Below, one piece after another: positions 1 to 8,391 of a stretch of 17,215 nt of DNA. This DNA is from Octopus sinensis. Its lineage: Eukaryota. The first letter of the stretch is position 1; each line of letters begins with the position of its first letter. The position numbers and the translations under genes are program-made. The notes beneath the pieces were generated by a model. It saw only the letters and a program-made list of their open reading frames with translations. It did no database searches and had not been told where the DNA came from. Location of the stretch: positions 1-17,215 of the forward strand of contig NW_021823926.1 of the NCBI RefSeq assembly GCF_006345805.1, written 5' to 3'.

Positions 1-109
1 GTGAAAGGATGAGAATGTCACTGACATGTTGTTCTAGATGGATGGGGTGTTGCGTGTTTTATGCAGGCACGTGAATTGCTTGCGCATGCGTGAAAGATGC
101 TTGATTTAA

Positions 110-377
110 GTCTGTGTATGTGTGTGTGATGTGATTGAGTATAAATTTTGTGTTGCATGTTCGCATAACATCTTTAAGTGCGTGCGATATTTGCATTCAT
201 ACATACATATATACATATACATACATACATAATACATACATACATACATACATACACACATACATACATACAAACACACACATACATACATACATACAAA
301 CACACACATACCTACACCACACACACACACGCACACACACATACATACATACGCACACACACGCACACACACACACA
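110..377. repeat. Compound (TG)n/(TACA)n/(CA)n microsatellite
   Basis: Direct reading; accounts for the four H/T/Y- or C/V/M-rich ORFs at 106-454. Confidence 0.95.
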
Positions 378-380
378 ATA

Positions 381-465
381 AATAATGTCAAAGAGTAATC
401 AGAAATATTTGAAATTTCCATTACCATTGGTCTAGCGTGTAAAAATTTAGTCAATAGACTATATA
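381..465. repeat. Left arm of 85-bp inverted repeat (partner 844-928)
   Basis: Its reverse complement matches 844-928 at 81/85 positions without gaps (hand alignment). Confidence 0.95.
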
Positions 466-614
466 TTATTCATATAAATACAGTGTACATTTAAACACAC
501 AAGAGGTATCCACCATAGGATCCTTACACGCTAGAGAGGACAGTTAAGTTCCAAACCACTGGTAAGGATAAAATTTCGAAAAGAATGAAAAATAAATACA
601 TTTACCATCTAACT

Positions 615-683
615 CCTGGACCAATAGTTTCAGACTTTTTTAGCAAATAAAATAATTTGCTAGGCGAAGTCTTCTTCAGCAGG
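615..683 (-). ncRNA. Type I minimal hammerhead ribozyme with canonical core
   Basis: Minus strand reads CCTG-CTGAAGA-AGACTT-cgcc-TAGCAAAT-tatttt-ATTTGCTA-aaa-AAGTCT-GAAAC-tattg-GTC-CAGG. Helix I CCTG/CAGG, helix II 6 bp + 8 bp, core CUGAAGA and GAAA, GUC cleavage triplet at 621-619. Confidence 0.85.
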
Positions 684-843
684 TACACCTTAGATTAAAT
701 ATATACACACGAGACAATCCAGTATAGGCCCCGTGATTATACATTCTAATTTTTCAAATCTACCGCACAAGAGCAGCTGTTTGTCGGCAGTAAATAAAAT
801 GCCGGCTTTTTCAATTCGAAAATTTTCCATTTTATTTGAATAC

Positions 844-928
844 TATATAGTCTATTGACTAAATTTTTACACGCTAGACCACTGATAATGGAAATTTCAT
901 ATATTTCTGATTACCCTTTGACATTATT
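844..928. repeat. Right arm of 85-bp inverted repeat (partner 381-465)
   Basis: 81/85 identity to the reverse complement of 381-465. Confidence 0.95.
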
Positions 929-954
929 AATTATTGATAATTTTTCTGGAAAAT

Positions 955-1215
955 TCCGTCGATGAGCGTTCCAGTTGATCCGATCAACGGAACAGTCTGC
1001 TCGTGAAAATAACAGAGTTCTCAGAGAGATCCAGCGTGACACAGAATGTGACAAGGCCGGTCCTTTGAAATACAGGTGCAACTCATTTTTGCCAGCTGGG
1101 TGAGCTGGAGCGACGTGAAATAAAATGTCTTGCTGAAGGACAGAACGTGCCGTCATGAATCGAAATCACGACCTTACGATCATGAACCGTAGCCACTGAG
1201 CCATGCACCTTCACA
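955..1215 (-). mobile_element. tRNA-derived SINE (type A head, CORE-like central domain)
   Basis: Minus: A-box TGGCTCAGTGG (1203-1193), B-box-like GATTTCGATTC (1167-1157), central GTCCTTCAGCAAGACATTTTATTTCACGTCGCTCCAG, then a tail ending GATCGGATCAACTGGAACGCTCATCGACGG. Confidence 0.85.
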
Positions 1216-1484
1216 GGAGAAACTATGACGGACAGAAAGATACACACGCACGCAAACACGTGCACACACGCACACACAAACACATGCACGTAGCCACTGC
1301 CAATTCCTTCTTCCTTGATCTTAAACAATGCTAAGCCCTACAACACGCAAAGATTAACAGCCACAACCACACACACACACACGCACACACACACACGTGT
1401 TATCATTGCACACATACACACATACACACACACGCACACGCAGACCTTCGTGCACGCATATATACACACTTACACACACATACC

Positions 1485-1752
1485 TCCTCTTGCACTCTCC
1501 TGTCTTTGAAAGAACTTTTCTTCACCCATTTCCTTCCGGTCATTCAAAATGTTACCGCGTGTGTACCGTTGGCGATTTTTTCCCCTCTGTCCTTCCCTTC
1601 TCTGGATCTTTCCTTATCCTATGTTTTCGACGAAGAGCTCCGCTCGAAACGTTAAACCCTCCTTCTTTCCTTCTTTCCTGAGCGTCCAATAATGCTATCT
1701 TTGTTCCACGTCCTCGCCTTGTGTTTTTTTGTGCTTTCATGTTTTGATTAAC
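1485..1752 (+). mobile_element. Non-coding PLE pseudo-LTR/3' tail fragment with hammerhead motif
   Basis: Pyrimidine-rich leader, HHR motif at 1624-1657, ~95-nt tail ending at (TA)n. Same architecture as 5865-6180. Confidence 0.6.
1624..1657 (+). ncRNA. Minimal hammerhead motif, U4 deleted (probably inactive)
   Basis: TTTT-C[-]GACGA-A-GAGC-tcc-GCTC-GAAAC-GTT-AAAC. Helix II GAGC/GCTC, palindromic ACGT helix III, short TTT/AAA helix I. Confidence 0.65.
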
Positions 1753-1782
1753 TTTTATATATATATATATATATATAGACGC

Positions 1783-1905
1783 TTAGTTTTCTCCTGCCAA
1801 ATTCAACGACAGCCTGAGGTTATAGTGAAAAAATCCGCAGGTAGCCGCGCAGTGGGACTGAACCCGAAACAACGTGGTTGAGAATGTGACGTCTTAGCCC
1901 CATAC
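1783..1905 (-). mobile_element. Degenerate tRNA-derived SINE 5' fragment (type B)
   Basis: Plus GCGCAGTGGGACTGAACCCGAAACAACGTGGTTG gives minus B-box GGTTCAGTCC. Similar to 8248-8391 and 13425-13518. Confidence 0.7.
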
Positions 1906-2074
1906 CCACAACATATTTATATATATGTTGTATAAACGCGAGTGTGTGTTGGTGTGTGCATTTGTAATCTGCGTGCGCGCAGGTGTATCACGAACGACCT
2001 TACCTCCCTTATACTACTTCTCTCTCATTCGCTCCTCCTTTCATACATATATCTACTCTCACTAATGCTCATTT

Positions 2075-2560
2075 TTTCCATTTCATACACATAGTTTTAA
2101 ACATATTTATGACCAACACAATAGTTGTAAATCTTCTTGAATTAGTCGTACGTTGGAGACTTCATAAAATAATGCAAGGCCAGATTACATGGAAGCTTTT
2201 AAAAAATGCAAGCTATATTTTAAACATAAAACAAATTAGTAAACACCCAAAAATTATATGGAAAAATCACAGCTCAGTGCGTTTTATTAACTGTGTTTGG
2301 GGATAAGAGACTTACGCCATAAACACGTTCTCAGGACGCCAGATGATGTGTGGATTTTCTAAAGCCATAGCTTATGTATAGCGTATTTAAACCTTGTTTA
2401 TGTATTTAAACCTTGTTTATTATTTGTTTTTCATTTTGTCGAGGCAGTGAAGGATCTGCTGCAGAGAATTTGATTTATCTAAGTTTAATTTCTTCTTCAC
2501 TGGTCTTGAGTTTCCCTGGTATTCGTCAGGCGAATATTGTTTGTGTATGTATGTGTGTCT
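2075..2560 (+). pseudogene. PLE GIY-YIG endonuclease C-terminal relic plus 3' tail
   Basis: ITWKLLKNASY (2184-2216) resembles PLE 'ITWKILKKAKPY', preceded by a frameshifted EL..YVWRL-like segment. RHK at 2315-2323 lies where the terminal CRH motif is expected. A decayed HHR-like trace follows at 2336-2384 (CAGATGA, TGTGG/CCATA stem, GAAA missing). Confidence 0.55.
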
Positions 2561-2805
2561 ATTCATGTATATATATATTAATGTATGTACGTCTGTATGC
2601 AAATATATTTATGTATATATATATGTGAATATTATATATATATATATAATATATATATTATTATATATATATAATATATGAATATATAGAGTTAATCAAA
2701 TATATTCAATGAGAATACAATATACTGAATTAGCTCTTGATAGGGAAATGTCTAAAACATTGAAGGTATTTAGGACACTTATAAGAGTGATTATATATTA
2801 TAAAA

Positions 2806-3570
2806 ACTAGCTTAAGGCGACCCGCTCTACGCGCGGGTAATAGTGTGGTTGTTGCTTTCTGTTCTGTTGCTTCCTCTGTTTTTATCACAACATTCTCCCT
2901 CTTTGTTTCTCTCCCCTTTCTCTCTACTTTCTTCCCCTTTCTCTTACTTTCTTTCTTCCTTTCTCTCGGACTCTCCCTCGCTTTCTCTTACTCTCTATCT
3001 TTATCTCCTCTCTTTCCCATTTATAAAGAACAACAGATCTTGAGTAAGTTGAGAAAAGAAAATATTTTGAAAGATCAATCATAAACATCAGGCAGTGACA
3101 ACGGAAAGGTCTGCTTCAAAGCAGACAGCAAAACACTAACATTTAAAAGGGGCAGACGAACTTGCGAGCTGAATAAAAATAAAAAAAAATATTGGAAACC
3201 AAAGTTTGAAGGGATAGAATCTGAGGATAATAGAGTCCCCATGGCTGGTATTTCTTAACGACGGACAGCAACGTAGTGGAAGTTTAACGGCTGGCGTAAA
3301 ATTTTGAACTTGATGCAAAGAAAATTCCTAAACACCTGCTCGTTGTAATTTTAATTCCCTTCCAGCCCCATTTTAGACCCCTTTTCACATTTTGGTTAAT
3401 ATAACCCGATCATTCGGCTCTACTCTACGGGCCACATTTTATAAGATGAGGAATTTGTCCTAGAAGTCACGCTTTCATTTGAAGAAAAAAATAGTTGCCA
3501 TGCAAACACGCGCCAGCACTTTAACATAGGTGTGCATATTTTCAGCTCAACCGACTACATAATGTACCAT
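2806..3570 (+). mobile_element. Probable non-autonomous Helitron-like (DINE-1/HINE-style) element
   Basis: Starts ACTAG, then a GC hairpin ACCCGC/GCGGGT (2820-2838), an internal CT-rich tract (~2880-3020), a hairpin GTCTGCT/AGCAGAC (3109-3126), and ends in a TA tract. Resembles the layout of animal non-autonomous Helitrons. No coding evidence; the 3' boundary is approximate. Confidence 0.45.
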
Positions 3571-3601
<31 letters not shown>

Positions 3602-3790
3602 CGCATTAAATATATATATATGTACATATATACGCATTATATTATATATATATGTGTGTGTGTGTTGTACGCATTATATATACAAATGTATACAAATTAT
3701 ATATATATACTATAATATATACAGATATATACACTTTGTATATATACATTCTATATACAATTTTATATATAGAACACACACACACGCATA
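3570..3790. repeat. (TA)n/(TG)n/(CA)n compound microsatellite
   Basis: Direct reading. Confidence 0.9.
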
Positions 3791-4759
3791 TAAATTAACC
3801 CAATAAATATCTGATTCATAATATTTGTTCTCAGTTGTGTGGTGATTGTGGCGGTGATAATTCTCTCTATGAATGCACACAGATGTAGAGAAGAGAGGGG
3901 GGATGTGGGAGAATAGTGACAGCGCTGGCGAAGGCGGCGGCGGGGGGAGACAGTAGACGCTGTCAACGACGTTATAGAGAGAATGTAAAACCAGACAAAA
4001 CAAACTTTTCGCATTTCAGATTTATAGATATTGACAAGCAGATAAGAGAATGAGAGTAACGAAAAAAGACTTGTCAAAAGTGTGCGTTTTTGCCCTAGTA
4101 ACCACAGCTTTTGAGATAGGGTTTTCTAACTTGCCCACTCACATCCTCACCCCATTTTATATGTCCCAATATAAATACCAAAACTAAGAGGACGGAACAC
4201 TTTAAGAAAGAGATAAAAATACTTAGTTACTAAAACTATTTTAAACAATATGTCCATATTGTATAACGTTAAAATTTAGGGTTATCAGGATAATTTATCA
4301 TTGAGGTGAGAGAATAAATTTACAATTAATTAGTTAAATTATAATCTAAGCTGTTTAATTTTAAGTTGTGAAGATACCCATATTGTTTTTTATAAGCTAA
4401 GTATGAATTTATAGGGGTACAAAAATATAGGTTTGTCTGAAGGCAATTATAAAGTATTAAAAAGATCAGGTAGGGTAGAAACACCCTAGAAAAGGATATA
4501 AAATAGCTCAATTACTAAAATCAGGATGAAGTATATATATACAACTTAGTAACTTCAATAGAGAAGATTTATAGAAAACATGTAATAATTCATGTATTTA
4601 AAACTAAAAATTGTTTATTTACTTAATTAGCTTGCATCCATAATGACTGCTCCCCAGTATTAACTAAAAGGAAATTAATGCTGTAGGGCATGCTACCTAT
4701 GCACTGATTTTAAACTAAGAGGTACATTATAGGTTTTAAAACACAAGAGCAATAAAGTG

Positions 4760-5462
4760 CTACTTTCTAAAATATTTAAAAGTACGGGTGGCACTATGTA
4801 CACATGATACCTTAAGGCTGCCATTTTCTTTATGCTTAAAAATTATATGTTTCCATAGAGCAAAGCTCACACCTATATCTGCTATTTCTATAAGGCTAAG
4901 TTTTTCTTATTATTTCCCATTTGAGGTTTAACTCAATTCCACTTTCTTTCAATTCTCAAATCTTACTGGATAATGACGTACAATTTACCTTGTGTTTTAA
5001 GTTTAAAGGACAACACGTGATTACATATACGCTGTTTCAAATTAATCGAGGAACCGAAGTAAATATAATTATTAGTTGTAGTCATTATTGTGCATTTATA
5101 TACTACATTCTGGGTAAAACATTGGCCTAATAACGGACAGCGGGATTTAACTCTACAATTGCAGCTAGGAGAATTATTATTAGTATTATTAAGATTTAAA
5201 TTATTATTTTAATTTTTATTGTTAATATTTTCGCTATTAATAATTCTATTATCAAGTATGTTATGTTCACGTCTATTATTTCCACTTCAATCGTATTATC
5301 ATATAAAATCGTCTCTGCATCATCAGGCATACTAATAGTTTCCATGCCCGTATATGCACTGGAACTACATTTTATTAGAAGTGCTACCACTATTCCTTCT
5401 ATTCAGCCCATCCTCATCATCAATACTACTGTTTTCATTTTGGCGGTTTAAGTTATAGTTGA

Positions 5463-5515
<53 letters not shown>

Positions 5516-5755
5516 TTATTATTATTATTATTATGAACAATTCTGGCTAATTTTATATTTTTCCTATTTAATCTAGCTATGGTGGTGCCTATATTGGGGA
5601 GAGTAGTGTATGAGATTCTAACTGTCTTACGTGAAAAGATTCTATTATATCTATGGGAATTAGGGAAGTATTTTTTCTAAAATAGCCATAAATTTTCTAT
5701 ATATATTTGTGGATATTGCACAGTTGCATGGGATATTGAACCAGACGATATTGAA
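4760..5755 (-). pseudogene. Penelope-like element ORF remnant: RT C-terminal region, long low-complexity linker, Cys knuckle and GIY-YIG endonuclease
   Basis: Hand translation with frameshifts: NIVWFNIPCNCAISTNIYRKFMAILE / KKYFPNSHRYNRIFSRKTVRISYTTLPNIGTTIARLNRK ... CNCRVKSRCPLLGQCFTQNVVYKCTIMTTTNNYIYFGSSINLKQRICNHVLSFK / TSLSSKI*ELKESGIELNLKWEIIRKT*PYRNSRYRCELCSMETY / SCVH. This follows the order of PLE motifs WFNPP, FP..H..IF.R..V..SY...PN, CNC..CP...C, VY...YIG, IKW.I, C.LC. Confidence 0.9.
5463..5534. repeat. (CTA)n/(ATT)n microsatellite lying in frame within the PLE ORF
   Basis: Minus strand reads AAT x6 then AGT x17, in the same frame as the upstream PLE motifs. Confidence 0.9.
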
Positions 5756-5864
5756 CATCACACCACACTACATATAACACCACAACACAACGCCCACACA
5801 CCAGCAGTGACCAATTCCCATCCCCACATTTTCACACCTACACATACACACACGCACATGTCAA

Positions 5865-6180
5865 GACCACCAGCCCTCCTTCACGCGTACATAGTACTCT
5901 CTTATACACACGCGCGCCTTCTTTTTGGGATCGCCTGTATTTGTTATCTCCCCTACTTCTTCGCTTTCCTGTGTGACTTCTCTATCCGGCAGTCGACATG
6001 ATAGATCGTTAGCCACTACACACATTTTTTTCTCTCCTTGTTTTTTTTTCTGTGTTCCTTTCTGTGGAAGAGCGTAGGCTCGAAACGTAAAAGACTTTTT
6101 CAATTCCTGAGCGCTATACTAATACATCTGTTTGTTTTGCTACACCACCTGTGTTCGTCTTTTGTTTTTTTCGTGAACAA
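5865..6180 (+). mobile_element. Non-coding PLE pseudo-LTR/3' tail fragment with hammerhead motif
   Basis: Pyrimidine-rich leader, HHR motif at 6058-6093, and a tail with TTCCTGAGCG shared with 1485-1752. Confidence 0.6.
6058..6093 (+). ncRNA. Minimal hammerhead motif with A6-to-U core variant
   Basis: CTTT-CTGTGGA-A-GAGC-gtag-GCTC-GAAAC-GTA-AAAG. Helices I and II pair perfectly, palindromic ACGT helix III, GUA triplet at 6087-6089. Confidence 0.7.
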
Positions 6181-6366
6181 CCATAAAACTCAAGATACAC
6201 AACGAACTCACAATGTATCGGAGAACTTATTTTTTAATTTTTGTACATTTTTATCATTATTCTTTTACAAAAAACAATACAATTTTCTTTTTTTCCCCTT
6301 TCTAATTTTTAAAAAAACTTTTTAAAACATAAATATTCTTGACAAGTCATACAATGACGAAAACCG
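6165..6366 (+). repeat. ~200-bp direct repeat, copy 1
   Basis: Near-identical to 6781-6978; differences are almost all 1-nt indels. Confidence 0.95.
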
Positions 6367-6670
6367 TCTATGCATGGTATCTTTATATGCATTCATCACT
6401 TCAAGCTAAAACTTATATTCTTTAAATATCATTTTTACTATTGTTGTTATTATTATCATTTTTATTATAAATGATATGACAATTTGAAATGCAATTGTCT
6501 ATGCAGATTTTATAATTAGAAAATAATATAAATAAAGTGTTAAAATCTGAAAGTTAAGTTAACAAGCAATATATATAAAAAGATAACGCAAATGAAGCTA
6601 AAAGATAATTTTATAATTTGGGTTTTATTGAAGAACTCAAAAGAGTTGTCTCCCCTTACTCACAACACAG

Positions 6671-6776
6671 GAACTGAAGAACCAGAACCACAATTACACT
6701 ACTTCCTGTCCTGCAAACATGCTGAATTTAACAACACAACACATGCTCTTATCCCTTTGGATCTTAACACCTCAAG
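6671..6776 (+). CDS. Candidate isolated internal coding exon (106 nt), product unknown
   Basis: Acceptor TTGTCTCCCCTTACTCACAACACAG|G and donor AAG|GTAATT. Two frames are open, e.g. TEEPEPQLHYFLSCKHAEFNNTTHALIPLDLNTS. The sequence is non-repetitive. No homologue recognised. Confidence 0.3.
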
Positions 6777-6780
6777 GTAA

Positions 6781-6978
6781 TTTTTTCGTGAACAACCATA
6801 AACTCAAGATACACAACGAACTCACAATGTATCGGAGAACTTATATTTTTAATTTTTGTACATTTTTATCATTATTCTTTTACAAAAAACAAACAATTTC
6901 TTTTTTTCCCCCCTTTCTAATTTTTAAAAAAACTTTTTAAAACATAATATTCTTGACAGTCATACATGATGAAAACCG
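6781..6978 (+). repeat. ~200-bp direct repeat, copy 2
   Basis: Near-identical to 6165-6366. Confidence 0.95.
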
Positions 6979-7104
6979 GTTGAATAAATATATTTATATA
7001 TTTTATCATTTCTCATTTTATTAAAATTTTCTTTCATTTGAGCATTCTGCATTTTTTAAAAAAAAATTTTTCCTTACTTATCATTTCTCCACGTGCGGTC
7101 AACA

Positions 7105-7125
7105 CAACCCCACCATTTATTGATC

Positions 7126-7161
<36 letters not shown>

Positions 7162-7290
7162 ATAATATATATATATATATAATATATATATATATTATTA
7201 TATATATATATACATAAATATACATAAATATGTATATGTATATGTATGTGTGTAAATGTATATATATATATATACATTTATATATACATG
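7105..7290. repeat. (TA)n-rich microsatellite
   Basis: Direct reading. Confidence 0.9.
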
Positions 7291-7350
7291 CGGGTGCCCC
7301 AGCATGGCCACAGCTCATAAGCTGAAACTAGAATCAATCAATCAATCAAT
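7291..7350 (+). mobile_element. Solo LINE/SINE 3' terminus with (ATCA)n tail
   Basis: GGGTGCCCCAGCATGGCCACAGCTCATAAGCTGAAACTAG resembles the LINE end at 10049-10089; stem-loop CAGC/GCTG; ATCA tandem tail. Confidence 0.65.
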
Positions 7351-7431
7351 ATATATTTATGTATATATATATATATACATTTATATATGCATAAATTAGC
7401 CCCACAATCATTTTGGTTTATCTTATAAAAA

Positions 7432-7555
7432 CTCTCTAACGATGTCCAGAGGCATACCCAAGTACCCTAATTTTATCTACAGATTTTCAATACACTGAAA
7501 AGAAGGAAATAACATATGGGGTATTATGACCTCTGGGCTGAAACAGCTGTAAAAA
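7432..7555 (+). ncRNA. Degenerate hammerhead motif with greatly extended helix II
   Basis: CTAACGA (7436-7442, G5-to-A). GT-CCAGAGG (7444-7452) pairs with CCTCTGG-GC (7530-7538), plus ATACCC/GGGTAT. GAAAC-AGCT-GTA (7540-7551) has a palindromic helix III. Helix I is not preserved. Confidence 0.55.
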
Positions 7556-7753
7556 ATTGCCCTTCTTTCTCTTTTCTCTTTTCTAGAAATTACTAATATT
7601 TTTCACATGTATTCATATATCATCCGAACTGTTTAAAATGAATAAATGGAAATAATATAATGTTTAACAACTGATGAATAATACTTCTGGATTCCCTCCA
7701 TTTTCTTCTTGCCATATATATATATAATATATATATATATATAGATATATATA

Positions 7754-8053
7754 TGAAGCGCTTGGCGGCTTGGTGGTTAGGGTGTTGCACTCACGATTGC
7801 GAGATCGTGGGTTCGATTCCCAGACTGGGCGTTGCGTTGTGTTCTTCGGCAAAACACTTCATTTCACGTTGCCCTGGATCATTTCGACATCTGACATGTG
7901 GTACCCGTTGCACCTGTGTAGGTAATGTTGATCTGATGGAGGGAGTGAGCTTATGTCTACACAAACGTTTGATCACTATAAACAAATCACTTGTGTGGTT
8001 GTTCGGTAAGAAATTGTCGAACACTCATATGTCATTTAACGACGGGAGAGTCC
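7754..8053 (+). mobile_element. tRNA-derived SINE (type A head, different 3' tail)
   Basis: A-box-like GGCTTGGTGG (7767-7776), B-box GGTTCGATTCC (7810-7820), central GCAAAACACTTCATTTCACGTTGC similar to 955-1215; flanked by TA-rich repeats. Confidence 0.85.
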
Positions 8054-8059
8054 ATCATA

Positions 8060-8091
8060 TACATCTATATCTATCTATCTATCTATCTATC

Positions 8092-8148
<57 letters not shown>

Positions 8149-8210
8149 ATATATATATATATGTGTGTGTGCGTGTGTGTGTGTGTGCGTGCGTGTGTGT
8201 GTGTGTATGC
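8060..8210. repeat. (CTAT)n/(TA)n/(TG)n compound microsatellite
   Basis: Direct reading; produces the YLSI/CV ORFs. Confidence 0.95.
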
Positions 8211-8247
8211 ACATACGCAGTTATAAACGACTGGTGCCCTCAAAAGT

Positions 8248-8391
8248 TTTCTGGCAAAAAATTTTACTCACAAGACATTGGTCGGCCTGTGGGTTACAGT
8301 AGAAAAGGCCCACAGTGCCGCTCAGTGGGAATGATCCTGAAATCTCGTGTTTGTAAAATGAGTTTCTTAACTACACAGCCACGCCTGCATC
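8248..8391 (-). mobile_element. Degenerate tRNA-derived SINE 5' fragment (type B)
   Basis: TGGTCGGCCTGTGGGTTACAGTAGAAAAGGCCCACAGTGCCGCTCAGTGGGAATGATCC...CACAGCCACGCC parallels 1783-1905 and 13425-13518. Confidence 0.65.

Larger units (their letters stand above)
378..931 (-). mobile_element. 5'-truncated Penelope-like element: endonuclease C-terminal relic, hammerhead, 3' tail, preceded by an inverted copy of its own tail
   Basis: Minus 844-745 translates SIQIKWKIFELKKPAFYLLPTNSC, with LC after a frameshift, resembling the PLE GIY-YIG C-terminal 'IKWKIL...P..K.C.LC' motif. HHR at 615-683. Arms 381-465 and 844-928 are 85-bp inverted repeats. The tail ends at a (CA)n tract. Confidence 0.75.

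Noticed and set aside
3600-3676. TACGCATTA anchor repeated three times in a TA tract
   Set aside because: Irregular spacing (31 and 37 nt); ordinary compound-microsatellite duplication.
3917-3965. GC-rich patch with an 8-bp inverted repeat TGACAGCG/CGCTGTCA
   Set aside because: A short stem with a long loop; no supporting promoter, exon or family evidence.
4845-4868. Minus GAGC-TTT-GCTC...GAAACATAT resembling a hammerhead
   Set aside because: It is coding sequence (CELCSMETY) of the PLE endonuclease and has no CUGANGA upstream.
5265-5330. Minus CTGATGA ... GAAAT as a hammerhead
   Set aside because: It falls inside the open linker frame (MPDDAE), and helix II and the cleavage triplet are not convincing.
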